This document shows, piece by piece, positions 1 through 14,381 of a stretch of DNA of 64,000 nucleotides; positions within the stretch are counted from its first letter, which is position 1, and the number at the start of each line of letters is the position of its first letter. The notes beneath the pieces are model-generated. The model was given only the letters and a program-made list of their open reading frames with translations. It ran no database searches and was not told the DNA's origin. The DNA lies in NCBI RefSeq assembly GCF_006345805.1, contig NC_043000.1, positions 106,826,001 through 106,890,000 of the forward strand, in the 5' to 3' direction. The DNA is from Octopus sinensis. Lineage: Eukaryota. The translations under genes were made by a program, and so were the position numbers.

Positions 1-250
1 TCATTCTCTTTCCTTTGGCCTACTTATAATTTTTCAAAAAACAAAAACAAAAACGCTCAGTTTGTTTTTATCATTGAATATTTCCAAGGAAAAAACAAGA
101 GTAACAACAACAACAACAGCAACAACAGTTAAATTATGTATTTTAGTGTTTTCAATAATCTTTGCTGCTTCAATATCGTTATTGTTGTTGTCGTTGTTTC
201 GTGTTGCATTAATTTTCAGTTCTATATTTAAGAGATGAAGAGTTATGTAC

Positions 251-396
251 ATTATTTACATTATTTACATTTGACAGATATTTGTCCTCATCTTGTTTGT
301 TGTTAACACAACGTTTCGGCTTATATACTCTCCAGCCTTCATCAGGTGTCTTGGGGAATGAAAATCCAATTCTCATTCCTAAAGTATTTTTCGATG

Positions 397-482
<86 letters not shown>

Positions 483-601
483 ATTATTATTCAGGTCACT
501 GCCTGGAATCGAACTCGTAGTGGTTAAGAGCGCTGGCTATTAACCCCAAGATTCCGAGTTCGATTCCAGGCAGTGACCTGAATAATAACAACAACAACAA
601 C

Positions 602-641
<40 letters not shown>

Positions 642-710
642 CCGAAACGTTGTGTTATCAACAAACAAGATGAGGGCAAATATCTGTCAAATGTAAATAA
701 TGTAAATAAT
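251..710. mobile_element. Fold-back (head-to-head) pair of a tRNA-headed, hammerhead-containing SINE-like element
   Basis: 251-319 is the near-exact reverse complement of 642-710, and 481-517 mirrors about 555-595. The centre has an A-box-like TAGTGGTTAAGAGC and B-box GAGTTCGATTCC, followed by an (AAC/AAT)n spacer and a (TGTAAATAA)2 tail. Confidence 0.8.
305..350 (-). ncRNA. Minimal type I hammerhead ribozyme
   Basis: Minus strand reads GACAC CTGATGA AGGCT-GGAGAGTATATA-AGCC GAAAC GTT GTGTT: intact core, stems I and II, self-complementary AACGTT at stem III. Confidence 0.75.
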
Positions 711-764
711 GTGCATTAATTTTATTAGAATAATGAACATTAACACAATTTCATCGTCATTGTT

Positions 765-1210
765 AAGGCGTTGAACTAGCAGAACTGTTAGAGCGTCGAA
801 CAAAGTGCCTCGCAGTATTTGTTGCAACTCGTTGCATTCTGAGTTCAATTTCCGTTATGGTCGAGCTTTACCTTTCCCCCCTTTTGGGTTCGATGTAATA
901 GGTACCAGTTGAACACTGCGGTCGATGTAATCGCCTAGTCCATTCCCCTAAAAATTTCAGGCCTTGTACCTATCTATAAAAGAAAGGATTATTTGAGTGA
1001 TGAGCCAGCAGCATCATCACTGCATCAGACAAAATATTTAGCAGCATTACTCCAGGTTCTTTACGTCCTGGGTTCGAATGTCGCCGAGGTCGACTTTGAC
1101 TTTCGTTCATTCGATGTCGGTAAAATAAATACCAGTCAAGTACTGAGGTCGACGATATTGACTAACTCCTCTCCTCTTAAAATTGCTGGTTTCGTGCCAA
1201 AATCAGAAAG
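765..1210 (+). mobile_element. Two diverged copies of tRNA-derived SINE family S1
   Basis: Degenerate matches to the S1 head (...gagttcaattt.ccg) and central gtcgactttg.ctttc.t.c.ttcg..gtcg.taaa...taccagt. Confidence 0.65.
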
Positions 1211-1228
1211 TTGCTATTATTATATTTA

Positions 1229-1648
1229 ATTCTTTATTGCCCACAAGGGACTAAACATAGAGGGACAAGTAAGGACAGACAAATGTATTAAGTTGATTAC
1301 ATCGACCCCAGTGCGTAACTGGTACTTATTTAATCGACCCCGAAAGGATGAAAGGCAAAGTTAACCTCGGCGGAATTTGAACTCAGAACGTAGCGACAGA
1401 CGAAACACCTATTTCTATTTCTTTAACACACACAAGGGGCTAAACACAGAGAGGACAAACAAGGACAGACAAACGGATTAAGTCGATTACATCGACCCCT
1501 GTGTGTAACTGGTACTTAATTTATCGACCCCGAAAGGATGAAAGGCAAAGTCGATCTCGGCGGAATTTGAGCTCAAAACGTAACGGCAGACGAAATACGG
1601 CTACGCATTTCGCCCGACGTGCTAACGATTCTGCCAGCTCGCCGCCTT
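1229..1648 (-). mobile_element. SINE family S1, one head plus two tandem body units
   Basis: Minus-strand head ggcggcgagctggcagaa...gagttcaaattcc; body gtcgactttgcctttcatcctttcggggtcgataaattaagtaccagtt occurs twice. Confidence 0.85.
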
Positions 1649-2274
1649 ACTAATATTATTATATTGCCACTTTGACTTTCATCCTTTCGGGATCGATAAA
1701 ATATAATGACAAATCCGATTCTGAGTTGGATTCGTCTCTTTGTCTAACTATCTTTCCATCTGTTTTTTTCTTTCGTTCTGGGAGAAATAGACTGTGACGA
1801 GGAATGATCTAAAATGATCAAGACACTACTTATATCACGAACGGTATTCCTATGACACCATCAAAGTGCTAAGATCCTATGCCAAAGATTGACAGAACTA
1901 ATTTTCATTTTATAAATAGATATCGCAATTAACATTCGTATGCTAATAAGAAACGACACTACACTAGAAATGCAGGCTTCCGACAAAAGATCAAATAACA
2001 CAGGCTATTAGACCAAAGTGTTTCACACAAAAGTGTTTAGATCAAAGCATTTTAGGTCTAAGTTCTTTAATATATCCAGATCTCTCAAAATTTTCACAGC
2101 CATGCGACTTCCTAAAGTGGAAGAGCGTCTTCGGAAACTGAAAGATGTTTGAGAAAATAACATCGTGTTCACATAATTTAGGTGTTTAATGAGTTGAAAA
2201 CTTCACTTTTATAATCAAGATAATAAAGGTTAGTGACTTCAATGGAGTCTGTTTCTGCTTGCAGAGAGCCTTTA

Positions 2275-2842
2275 TATTGGTTTCAAATTTTTGTGCGAGA
2301 CCAAAAACCTCGGAGGAGGGAGTAAGTCGATTACATCTACCCCAAAACTCAAATGGTACTTATTTTATCGACCCCAAAAGGATGAAAGGCAAAGTCGACC
2401 TTGGCGGAATTTGAACTCAGACGGTAAAGACAGACGAAATACCTATTTCTTCACTATCCACAAGGGGTTAAACACAGAGAGGACAAATAAGGACAGATAA
2501 AGGGATTAAGTCGATTATATCGACTCCAGTGCGTAACTGGTACTTATTTAATCGACCCCGAAAGGATGAAAGGCAAATCGACCTCGGCGAAATTTGAACT
2601 CAGAACGTAACGGCAGACGAAATACCTATTTCTTTACTACCCACAAGGGGACAAACAAGGACACAGACGGATTAAGTCGATTATACCGACCCCAGGGCAT
2701 AACTGGTACTTAATTTATCGACCCCAAAAGGATGAAAGGCAAAGTCGACCTCGGCGGAATTTGAACTCACAACCTAACGGCAGACGAAATACCGCTAAGC
2801 ATTTCGCCCGGCGTGCTAACGTTTCTGCCAGCTCGCCGCCTT
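2275..2842 (-). mobile_element. SINE family S1, one head plus three tandem body units
   Basis: Three copies of gaaaggatgaaaggcaaagtcgacctcggcggaatttgaactcag; single head at about 2790-2842. Confidence 0.85.
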
Positions 2843-2899
2843 AGGGAACCTTGATATTTGTGAAGTGCTTGTAACCTAATATCAGCTTCTATATTTAGG

Positions 2900-4400
2900 T
2901 TCCTCTTAAATATTTAAATTCATTTTTGTTATCGAATATAATGAAAAAAATTTGTTTCCCTGAAATATGTAGTTGGAAATTCCATTCACACCTTTAAAGC
3001 TTTTCCGCTTTTAATAGAGTGTTTTCCATTAATAATGCAATGCAAATTCTGTCAGTGCTACTTGTTGGGATTTTGATTGTAACTTAAAATCATTTTCAAT
3101 GCCTATTCTATTTCCTATGTCTTTTTTCTTCCATTGAAAGTTTTTCTAAGTATAACGGGTTTATAAATGGGTTGTCAATTCGAAGCTGCTCTTCAGTTTA
3201 CACGTATCAGACAAACGTTATAAACTTGTATATTTTGTATCTTGACTTAAAGTATCTTGACCTAAAGCAAAAGTTTTTAGAATTACGTAAAAAAATGGGT
3301 TATTCTATTTGAACGGCTTTTAAAACGTTCAACCAAACTGACGATCAGTGTTCGATGTGGAGAATGGTATCGCTTTCTGACATATCCACTTGCTTGAATG
3401 CAATTTTGTTTAATCGTAAAAGAAAAACCACCGAGGTTTTCAACACATTTAACATTATCATTGTTTATGTTGCTACCTCCACCAAACACTCTCATTTTTA
3501 CTTTACACTTAATTATGTCAATTTTACTTCGGATTTTCTAAATATCCCATTGGTACCTTGTATTTCCCCATTAACCTTCGCTTGTCCTCTGTGTCATGTG
3601 ATACCCATGACATATTTCCTTGGCGTCCATTCATTATATACGATATCCTTACCCTTTGTTTTCACTACAGCTATCAGTGTAGACTGAGACTTATGAAAGC
3701 ATTATGTTACTCAGAACGTATAACCTAAAAGTCTGAAAACAAACAAGTACGTTTAACGAATTTATGAAAATGCGAGAACAAACAAAGGGATAACAGCGAT
3801 CTTTAGTTTGGTTGAAAATTTAAAAAAGATGTTCTAATAGTAATAACCCAATTTTTTACGCAATTCTAAAAGCAACCATACCAAAACTTCAATGCGTAAT
3901 ATTAGCTCAATTTTACAAAAATTTGACATTTCATGGCTACATTTAGATACTATGTCATGAGAAAATTGCACGCTATCAATTTTTTGACACTTTTTGAAAC
4001 TTGCCATGCATTTCAGCAAATCTTTCACACAGGACAGTTTTCTACAGGTGTACATACTTCACCTGCTTTTGCCAGTCAGTACCAAATGCTGTGTAAAACA
4101 AATAAGGTATTTAATTTTTTTTACATAAAATATTAAAATGTAGCTTTCCCTTGATCTAGTGCCATTACTTTCTCTTAAAAAGATTTTCTTTTAATTCGAA
4201 TGTGTTGTCTCTAAACATCACTTTAGTTTATTGGATTCAAGTTGTTATAATTTAAAACCTTTCTAAATCTAATACTCAATCCAGTGCATTAATCTGGGTT
4301 ACACAGTAAAAAATAAAACTTTCACCATATTTTCTTTATTTTATTTATCCTTTGAAAATGAACCGCTGTAGGCTTAAGCTAAGTCTTTCGTTTATTTTAC
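2900..4400 (-). pseudogene. Possible highly decayed hAT-type transposase
   Basis: Minus-strand fragments such as VSHDT..MGKYK and SLVERFKSR loosely resemble hAT motifs (SYDNGANMxGxxxG, LxxTRWxSR); many stops and frameshifts. Confidence 0.3.
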
Positions 4401-6723
4401 TTGAATTTCGCCGTTTAGTAATTAATTTATTATCGATTTTAAACATTTATTTATTCGGGGATAAAAAAATAGCGTGCGAGATTACACAAAATTCGTCACC
4501 TTCTCTACGCATGCAATAAAAAAGTCATTAAACTACTCAACAACAATACTGTGCATTATTTTTAACAAACACTTCACATTTATTGTTGAGTGGACTTAAA
4601 GCAATTAAAAATTATTATGCAATGCTAGCTTAAGTCGGCAAATTTCATCAGTTAAGCAGAATATTCCAACTTCAAAACTAAGTATTTGTGTCTTGGTTAT
4701 AAAATCACTATTTCTCCATTGACAAGTCTTAATGTTAGCGATTGACGTTGAAGTAAGACTGGGAGCCACTTAAAATAAAGAGAGATAATTTCTACTTAAT
4801 GTATTACTATTACAATCAAAACCATTTCTTTGTCCTTCTTCAAATGTACTTAAACTGCGTGCTACTCGAAATCTATTTGAAACACAAGTGTATGTGATTG
4901 TTATGGCTGCATCAATAATTGTTCTTGATAGATCAGTGATTCTAATGGAAATATTGCGATTGCTTTGGAAATAACAATGATTGTTATGATTTGCTTCGGA
5001 TCTCTAATCTTTCTACCAGCGCCACCAATAAAATAATCAGATGGGATGTATTTGGTTTCGATTTTTTAGTTGTTATTGCTAGAATCTCTTCTTTTTTTCT
5101 GATTTATCGACTGAATAGTAATCAAGCAAAAGTTATTGTCGAATTTATATATATAAAGTCTTGTTAAGTTTGTGTGTGCGTGCGCGAGCGCGCATATGCG
5201 TGTCTGTGTGTCAGAAGTCTATGTTGCATTACCTTCCTTCTGTGCGTATGGCTATGTATGTGAATATGTATGCATGTGTGACAACTACGTAATTGCTGAA
5301 TGTGTGCAAAACATTGGATATGTTGACGGTCGAATACAAAAGAGAGATAAAAAGATAAATGATAGAATTATTGGATGGAAATTTTATGTCCTACGTATGT
5401 ATATATATTTATGTTGAACTTATGTGGTGTTCATTGATTTAACAGCAATGAATATACTATGTACGCGCATAATCGACTCGCTAGAAATAGCAGAAAAATC
5501 CTCCTTCTTTCAAATGATACCCTATTGTCTTCAAAGTGGAAGGATATATTCGACACAGTAGTTCTAGATATAAGAATTCGGGAGTGTTACAGTTGAAATG
5601 TCCTTCAATCCCAAGTCTATGCAATCATACTGACATAAGATTTAAATACATTCACACTGACGCCTCTTAGATGTATAAAGTTTATTTGGCAAGGTAGAGA
5701 AAATTTGTGGTCCCTTGAAACTTAAATTGTTACAGAATTGGTTCTTTACTCTAAAAGGAGTAGATGGGACATTTGGTATTATGCAGTGGCATCCAGTTAG
5801 GTAGTTATAACTTTCAGTTCAAAATTTAGGCGCTTAGACACTTAAACTCATTTTCTGTATATCGGTTTAGTATTGTATGTCTATAACTTCATAGGTTACC
5901 TTTGTTGGTCCCCATGCTAAAATGGAATTTTTTTCTCGATGTTGTCTTTGTGTTAAGCTACCTTGCCAGAAAAAAATTGTTGGCAAATCCCTGGAAAAAT
6001 AGTAAGGAAATGCAGTAGAAGTGGAATTATATATTTTATAATTACAATCTGGAAACTATGAAGGGATTTTACAGTAAATTTTGCTTATACATTTATTCTG
6101 ATTAAACCGTTTATTAGAATAAACAGAGATACAAATCACGGAGATGTACTTGCATAGCAAGTGACCTGATCTGAGATCGGGTGCTGGAACGAAAACAATT
6201 GCAGCGTGGAAGGTGTTTATAAGCCATTTAAGACACAGTCAAAATCCGTTAGATTCACTTCAACATTTAAATTTAATTTGTCAAAATATTTTCGTCTAAC
6301 AGTTAGTTCATGATATATGTATGCGTGTATGTATGTATGTATGTATGTATGTATGTATGTATGTGTGTATGTATGTGCGTATGTATGTATGTGTAGATAC
6401 AAATATTTTCAAATAAACAATACTTTATTACATTGAATCTTGTAGCAGTGACAGCTGCAAGCTAATATGTTCATGGCATAATTTCTTATTCCCTTGTCAT
6501 TTCAATTTGTATTACACCACACACACACACACACACACACATACATATATATATATTAGTAAAGTTTATATGCCAACAGAATGTGGCAGTCCTATAAAGG
6601 ATGCTACTACTGTTATTTTAGCCCCAGGAAAACATCTTTTCCAGCTGACTATCAACACACAGTTTGTGACCGTATATCATTTGCAAGGGAGGTCATCGCT
6701 CTCATCTCTAGCCTTACGTGATA

Positions 6724-6768
6724 CTCACAGACCTAGGTTTCTGAGTGGTTACCTGTCCTCAGTGTGAG
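6724..6768 (-). ncRNA. Minimal hammerhead ribozyme (weak stem II)
   Basis: CTCACA CTGAGGA CAGGTAACCACTCA GAAAC CTAG GTC TGTGAG: 6-bp stem I, intact core, palindromic CTAG loop. Confidence 0.7.
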
Positions 6769-7984
6769 ACAACCACAAGCTAGTGACGGAAGCTCTCTCC
6801 ACTCGCAAATACTATATATTCTTTAAGCGACACACACACATAGATATATATATATATACGATGGGCTTCTTTCAGTTGCTGTCTACCACGTGTTTGGGAA
6901 GCAAGCTTCTTAAGCAGAAATAGGTTCTTATCAAGTGTGTGGGAAAACTGAAGTGGTTTCCCCCATTCGTTTGGAGATGTTTAGCAATAAATATCGCAGC
7001 AAAACACCCAGCTAAGGCTTACACTTTAACCAATGACAGTTAAATACAGATATGAGAGAAGCTACATATCAAAAAGACCCGGGATGTATGTCGTTCTATA
7101 TATTTTAGCATTCTATTGAAAATACCTGACTACGCATGGCAATTTTGACGTACTACGTAATTAGTTTATTTATTTATTTATTCATTTTTTTATGGATCTT
7201 GACTAGAACAGGCTTGTTCAAGTGCGGACAATAGAGAAGAGATATACTAGGTTATCATTTTAGCTAGAATCGTGTCAATCGAACAAGATATTTATTGATG
7301 AACAAGTAGGCGGAATAAAATTGAATGTTTTCAGTCGCTACAGATTAATGAAACTGTACTTCCTGAAGAGAAGACAAGCACAAAGTCACCATGTAAAAGT
7401 ATGGTTGATTAATTAAATTTATTAATTATTTACTAAACTTAAAAGTATAGATGATTATCAAAGCAATTGCTGATTTAGTAAACGTAAAAGAGTGGGTGAT
7501 TTATTAAATCTATTATTGTCTAAATTTAAAAGTATGTATAAAGTTTATCAATTATTAACTAAATATAGCAGATTTATTAAAACTAAAAATTAAAAAAAAC
7601 ACTTTATGTTCGTCATTGTAATTCATTCAATAACTGCAAAAAGCTCAGCTGCACCCAGTAATTATCACTATTAAGGTAATTGACAAAACAAAGCAAAACA
7701 AAATCAAGTCATAAGTTGTACAACAATAATCATCAAAACGTTTTTATTTCCACCAAAACGGCTTAACCACATTTAAAATATCAAGAATTTTTTCATGATG
7801 CGGCTTCACCTAAGTGTTAAAACTGAGATAATACACCTCTGACTGTCAAGTAAGACACCAGAATTTTATGTATATGTTCACTTCTTTAGCAGGAAACACA
7901 ATCAATATTATCTGATGTAATTTCAGCTATTCGGTTTCAATTTCATACCTGAATACACTGCAGGGGCAATGTTTACCTCGGTCT

Positions 7985-8048
7985 AATATATATATATATA
8001 TTATATATTATATATATATAATATATATATACATATATATATATTATA

Positions 8049-8080
<32 letters not shown>

Positions 8081-9220
8081 ATATGTAGGTATGTTATATA
8101 TATATATATATGTATATGTATATGTATAATATATATATATGTTATATGTATATATGTATATATATATATATGTATATGGTATATATATATATATGTATAT
8201 GTTATATATATTATATATGTATATATGTATATATATAGGTGTGTATATATGTATATGTATATGTAATATGTTTAATTTTTGTATGTAGATATGTATATAT
8301 ATATATGTATATAATATATATAGTGTATATATATATGTATATATTATATACTATATATGTGTGTATATAATATATGTATATATATATATTATGTGTGTAT
8401 ATATATATATGTATATAAATATAATATATGTATATATATTATATATATATGTATATATATATGTATATATTATATGTATATATTATATATATATATCTAT
8501 ATCGTATATGTATGTATATATATGTATATATATATATATGTATGTATATATTATGTCAGTTGTATTATGATATATATGTATATATATATGTATATATATA
8601 TGTGTGTATATATATGCATATTTATATTATGTATGTATATATATACATTATATGTATATATATATGTATATATATATTGTATATATATGTGTGTATATAT
8701 ATGCATATATATATGTTTATGTATTATACATATATATGTATATATATATGTATATATATGTATATATATATATGTATCTATCTATGTATCTATATATATA
8801 TGTATATATATGTATATATAATATATGTATATATATGTATATATATATGTATAATATATATGTATATATATAGATGTATATATTATGTATATATATATAT
8901 GATATATATATATGTATATATATATGTATATATATAGTATACTATATATGTATTTATATATATGAGATATATATATATGTATAATATAGATATATATTAT
9001 ATGTATATATATATGTGTATATTATATGTATATATATATATATATATATTATATTATGTATATATGTTTATGTATATATATATATGTATATTATATGTAT
9101 ATATATATGTTATATATTGTATATATATGTTATATTATATATGTATATATATGTTTTATGTATATATATATATGTATATATAATGCTTTATATATATATA
9201 TATGTATAGATATATATATA
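7985..9220. repeat. Degenerate (TA)n/(TATG)n microsatellite tract
   Basis: Directly visible; source of the Y/I/C/M-rich spurious ORFs. Confidence 0.95.
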
Positions 9221-9294
9221 ACCACAGTGGGAAAGCAAACAACACCGTACGGGCTTGTTGCGTGATGTCTATCTTTGTGTTTATATAATATATT

Positions 9295-9370
9295 TCCCCT
9301 GACGAAGGAGGTATTATCTGAATGCACCCTAGTGCTTTAAACATAATACACCCTGAAATGGCCAGAGGGA
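9295..9370 (+). ncRNA. Degenerate hammerhead motif
   Basis: TCCC CTGACGA AGGAGGTATTAT...ATAATACACCCT GAAA TGGCC AGAGGGA: long stem II, altered cleavage-site region. Confidence 0.5.
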
Positions 9371-9945
9371 TAAGTAAACATGATTTCCTTCTTTAAGATA
9401 AGGCTACTTTAACTGAATAGATTTTAAACAATGAACCTTAATTTACTTATTTACATGATATATATTATATATTTTTTTATATGCTCCTATATGTATATAT
9501 ATTTATATGTGGTTTATATATTTTATATGCCTATATTTTTATATACCTATATGTTTTATATATTACTTATATTATATTTTACTTCTACGTCCTTTTTAAA
9601 TGCTTTTCATTGAATTTCTAAAATATTAATTCTAAATTTTTAATGATAAGAATTTTTCTCGCACCATATTATTATATTCTTACATGCTATACATATGAAT
9701 TTTGTTCCATCTTGCGGGATATGTTTATTCTATAATAAAGTGTTCGAATATGAAATGATATGCGGATGACCTTGCATTTGTTTGTTCAATGATTTTAGTT
9801 TGATATTTTTGTCTCTTCCAATAGAGCACTTCTATAGCATTCCTATTAAACGTTTTTTGTTCCTGACAAGAAACAATTATTGTATTATAATATCGATATA
9901 TATATATGTATATTATATATATGTATATATATATATATGTATATA

Positions 9946-9989
<44 letters not shown>

Positions 9990-10005
9990 GTATATATGAT
10001 ATACG

Positions 10006-10040
<35 letters not shown>

Positions 10041-10182
10041 ATATACGTATATATATATGTATATATATATGTATATACGTTATATATGAATAATATATCA
10101 TATATGCATATATATATATATATAGGTGAGAAAGTTGGTGTGTGAAAGCACGTGGTTGAATATATCGGAAAATAGTAAAAAG

Positions 10183-10392
10183 TGAAAAAACTACAGAAGG
10201 CTTGTTTAAAAGGTTAAAAAATATATTTGAGTCATTTTGTCAGAAGAATGTTATAAATTTTCCTCCGTGACATAGTTTTGAGAAATTTCTTCAAAAACTA
10301 TGTCACTGTATGAAAAAATTTTATAACATCTTCTGACAAAATGACTCAAATATATTTTAACCTGTTAAAACAAGCCTTCTGTAGTTTTTTCA
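10183..10392. repeat. Imperfect palindrome of about 210 bp between TA tracts
   Basis: tgaaaaaactacagaaggcttgttt...gtgacatagttttga mirrored by tcaaaaactatgtcac...aaacaagccttctgtagttttttca. Confidence 0.85.
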
Positions 10393-10802
10393 TTTGTATA
10401 TGGTCTATATATATCATATATGGGTGTGTGTATATATATAGGATATATGTATGTATATTATGGATATACGTATATATATATATATATATATATATAGATG
10501 TATATATATTGAACATATGTATATATATTATATATATATGTATATATATATATTATATATATAATATATATATATATATATGTATATATATATGGATATA
10601 TATATGTATATATATATGTATATATTATTATGTATATATATAGGTATATATATATATGTATATATATATGTATATATATATGTAGTATATTTATATATAT
10701 ATGTATTATATATATGTATATATATATATATATAGATATATTATATATATGAACATATGTATGTATTATATATGTATGATAAATAGATGAGTGTATTTTA
10801 CC

Positions 10803-12320
10803 TTGTTAACAATTAACACGAAAAAATAAATAAATAGTTACCAGGGCAGCAAAAATCTCACAAGTAAAGGTGTTGTAACTCCTTGTTTATAAGGTAGAAA
10901 CTTCATGTTTACGTGTGAATATCGGAATAATATATGAATAAATAAATGGCTGTTCAATCTTAAAAATTTTCGAGTACAGTCATTCTTCAGGTGGTTTACA
11001 TTATCTAAAATATAATCAATATTTTAAGATATAAAATATAATAAATATAATAATTTATTATAATAAACTCTATTATCAAATATGATTATATCAAATCGAT
11101 TATAATGTAATATCAATTTTAATTTATAAGGCAGGAAACCCATAATCTAATATCAATATTAGTCTATATCTAATTACATAAATATTTAAAATGACTAATA
11201 TAAATAAATTATCAATGAAAATATATATATAAATATTATAATCAAGATCTAAAATAATCTCTATAAATATTGTAATAATAAAAACAATATAATTTAATTT
11301 TCCATATTTAAAGATGAAATAGCTTGTAAATTAATATTTAACATTATAGTCGATTTGGATATAATCATATTTGATAATAGAGTTATTATAAGTAAAATTA
11401 TTTATTATATATATTATTTATATCTTAAAAATATTGATTATATTTTAGATATGTAAACCACGGAGGAATGACTGTAACTCGAAAATTTTAAGAATTGAAC
11501 AGCCATGAAAACGATCGTAGGGTTATATTAATTATCTTTTAATAACTTTGATATATATTAAATAATATAAATTAATTAATTCTTATGTATTGGCGTAAGT
11601 TTTTCATTGTATGATGTGCCTAATAGTGGCTTTATCTCTAATTAAATAATATAATATTTTACTATAAAATTGGATTCAATCCTAAATCTAATTTTTTCCC
11701 TGTAAGTTTGGATTTATTCCCTAATATTTTATATGTATATATATATAAATTAAGAAATGGAGTTAAACGCTGGTGTTATTCAAATCTTTATACTTCCGAC
11801 AAATGTTTCGAAGAAAACATTGGTATGATTCTTGGGGGAATAAAATGATGTAAAACAATGTAATCATCTTGTCAGGAAAAAAGAAAAACAAGACACATCA
11901 ATAAACCATTTTAACCGAATGTGATTACAGCGTATACGATGAAGGTAAGGCTGGCAAGTTAGTTTTTAAAAACCGTTAATAGATTTTTCTCCTCCTTCCC
12001 TTTCTCTAAATTGCCTTTGACGTTAAATCTAGTAACGGTTTAAAAAAAAAAAACTTGCCAGCGTTCCCTTCATGATTATATTATTTTATATCATTTTTAT
12101 TCCCTCGCGAATAATACCAATGTTTTCTTTGTCGGCAGTATAAACATTTGAATAATACCTGCGTTTAACTCCATTTCTTAAATTATCTATGTTAAGCAAA
12201 AGCATTTCAATAAACCCTGGAATCTCTACCTTTATAAGTAGGCTGTAACATGCTTGGCACATATGTGAATTTTGCTACCCTGGTAACTATTTATTTACTT
12301 TTTCCGTGTTATTTGTAAAC
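10803..12320. mobile_element. Nested PLE-like fold-back elements
   Basis: Outer inverted repeat about 10805-10900 / 12225-12320; inner palindromes about 10947-11506 and 11748-12184; HHR motifs at about 11456-11525 (+, degenerate) and 11793-11880 (-, CTGACAA...GAAAC ATTT GTC). Confidence 0.7.
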
Positions 12321-12339
12321 ATTGAAAAAATATACATAA

Positions 12340-12372
12340 ATACATCCATCCATCCATCCATCCATCCATCCA

Positions 12373-12407
<35 letters not shown>

Positions 12408-12648
12408 GTATGTATGTATACATATATATGTATGTATGTATACATATATATGTATGTATGTATACATATATATGTATGTATGTATACATATATATGTATG
12501 TATGTATACATATATATGTATGTATGTATACATATATATGTATGTATGTATACATATATATGTATGTATGTATATATATAGTATGTATGTATCTATGTAT
12601 GTATATATGTGTGTCTTATGTATATATGTATGTATGTATTATATATAT

Positions 12649-12687
<39 letters not shown>

Positions 12688-12888
12688 TATATATATATGT
12701 ATGTATTATATATATATGATGTATATATATATATTATATATATATATATGTATGTTATATATATATCTATATGCATGTATGTATGTATAATATATATATA
12801 TTTATATGTATGTTTATATATATATGTAGTTATGTAGGTATGATATATATATATATATATGTTATATATATATATATATATATGTATG

Positions 12889-12921
<33 letters not shown>

Positions 12922-12990
12922 GTATATATAATATGTATTTATGTATTATATATCTAGATATATATTTATGTCGATATATATTGTATGGAT

Positions 12991-13029
<39 letters not shown>

Positions 13030-13113
13030 TAGTATTGTATATATATATAATATATATATATATATAGATATATTATGTATATATCTATTATATATATATA
13101 TATGTATATATAG

Positions 13114-13150
<37 letters not shown>

Positions 13151-13169
13151 TATGTCTGATATAAATAGG

Positions 13170-13207
<38 letters not shown>

Positions 13208-13767
13208 ATAGATATATATAATATAATATATATATATATAGTATATAGTATAGAATATATATATATGTATATTATTATATATATATATGATATATAGATA
13301 TATAGATATATATTATATATAGATATATATATATAGATATATATATAGATATATAGATATATAATATAGTGTATATATATATATGTAGATATATATATAT
13401 ATGTATATAGATATATATGATAATATATTTATATATATATAATATATATATATATATATAGTATATATATATATATATATAGTATATATATATATAGATA
13501 TATATATAGGATATATGATATATATAGATATCTATATATAGATATATAGATATAGTATATATAATATATATGTATATAAGATATATATGTATAGTATATA
13601 TATATATATATATATATAGATACTATATATAGATATATATATATATATAATATATATATATGTATATAATATGTATATATATATATTATAATGTATATAT
13701 ATATATATGTATATATATATATAATATAGATGTATTATATAATATATGTATATATATATATATATTG

Positions 13768-13803
<36 letters not shown>

Positions 13804-13932
13804 CTATATAGATTATATATATGTATAAGTATATATATTATATGTAATATATGTATATATGTATAGATATATAGTATATATGGATATATATATATATATT
13901 ATATATATATAGTATTAGAGAATGTGATATAG

Positions 13933-13964
<32 letters not shown>

Positions 13965-14029
13965 ATATGTAATATATATATATATATATAATGTATAATG
14001 ATATATATAGATGTAGATATATAGATAGG

Positions 14030-14086
<57 letters not shown>

Positions 14087-14098
14087 TGTAGAATATAT

Positions 14099-14144
<46 letters not shown>

Positions 14145-14170
14145 TGTATATATATATATATATATATATC

Positions 14171-14226
<56 letters not shown>

Positions 14227-14276
14227 GTATATATAATATATATATATATATATATAATATGTATATATATTATATA

Positions 14277-14310
<34 letters not shown>

Positions 14311-14328
14311 GTATGTATATTAATTATC

Positions 14329-14381
<53 letters not shown>

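Noticed and set aside
517-575. Possible tRNA gene
   Set aside because: It has A and B boxes but no complete acceptor stem and is part of a repeat; the same applies to the SINE heads at 19171, 24817 and 34507.
1229-2842. Regularly recurring motifs resembling a CRISPR array
   Set aside because: The intervening sequences are also homologous; these are SINE units in eukaryotic DNA with no cas genes.
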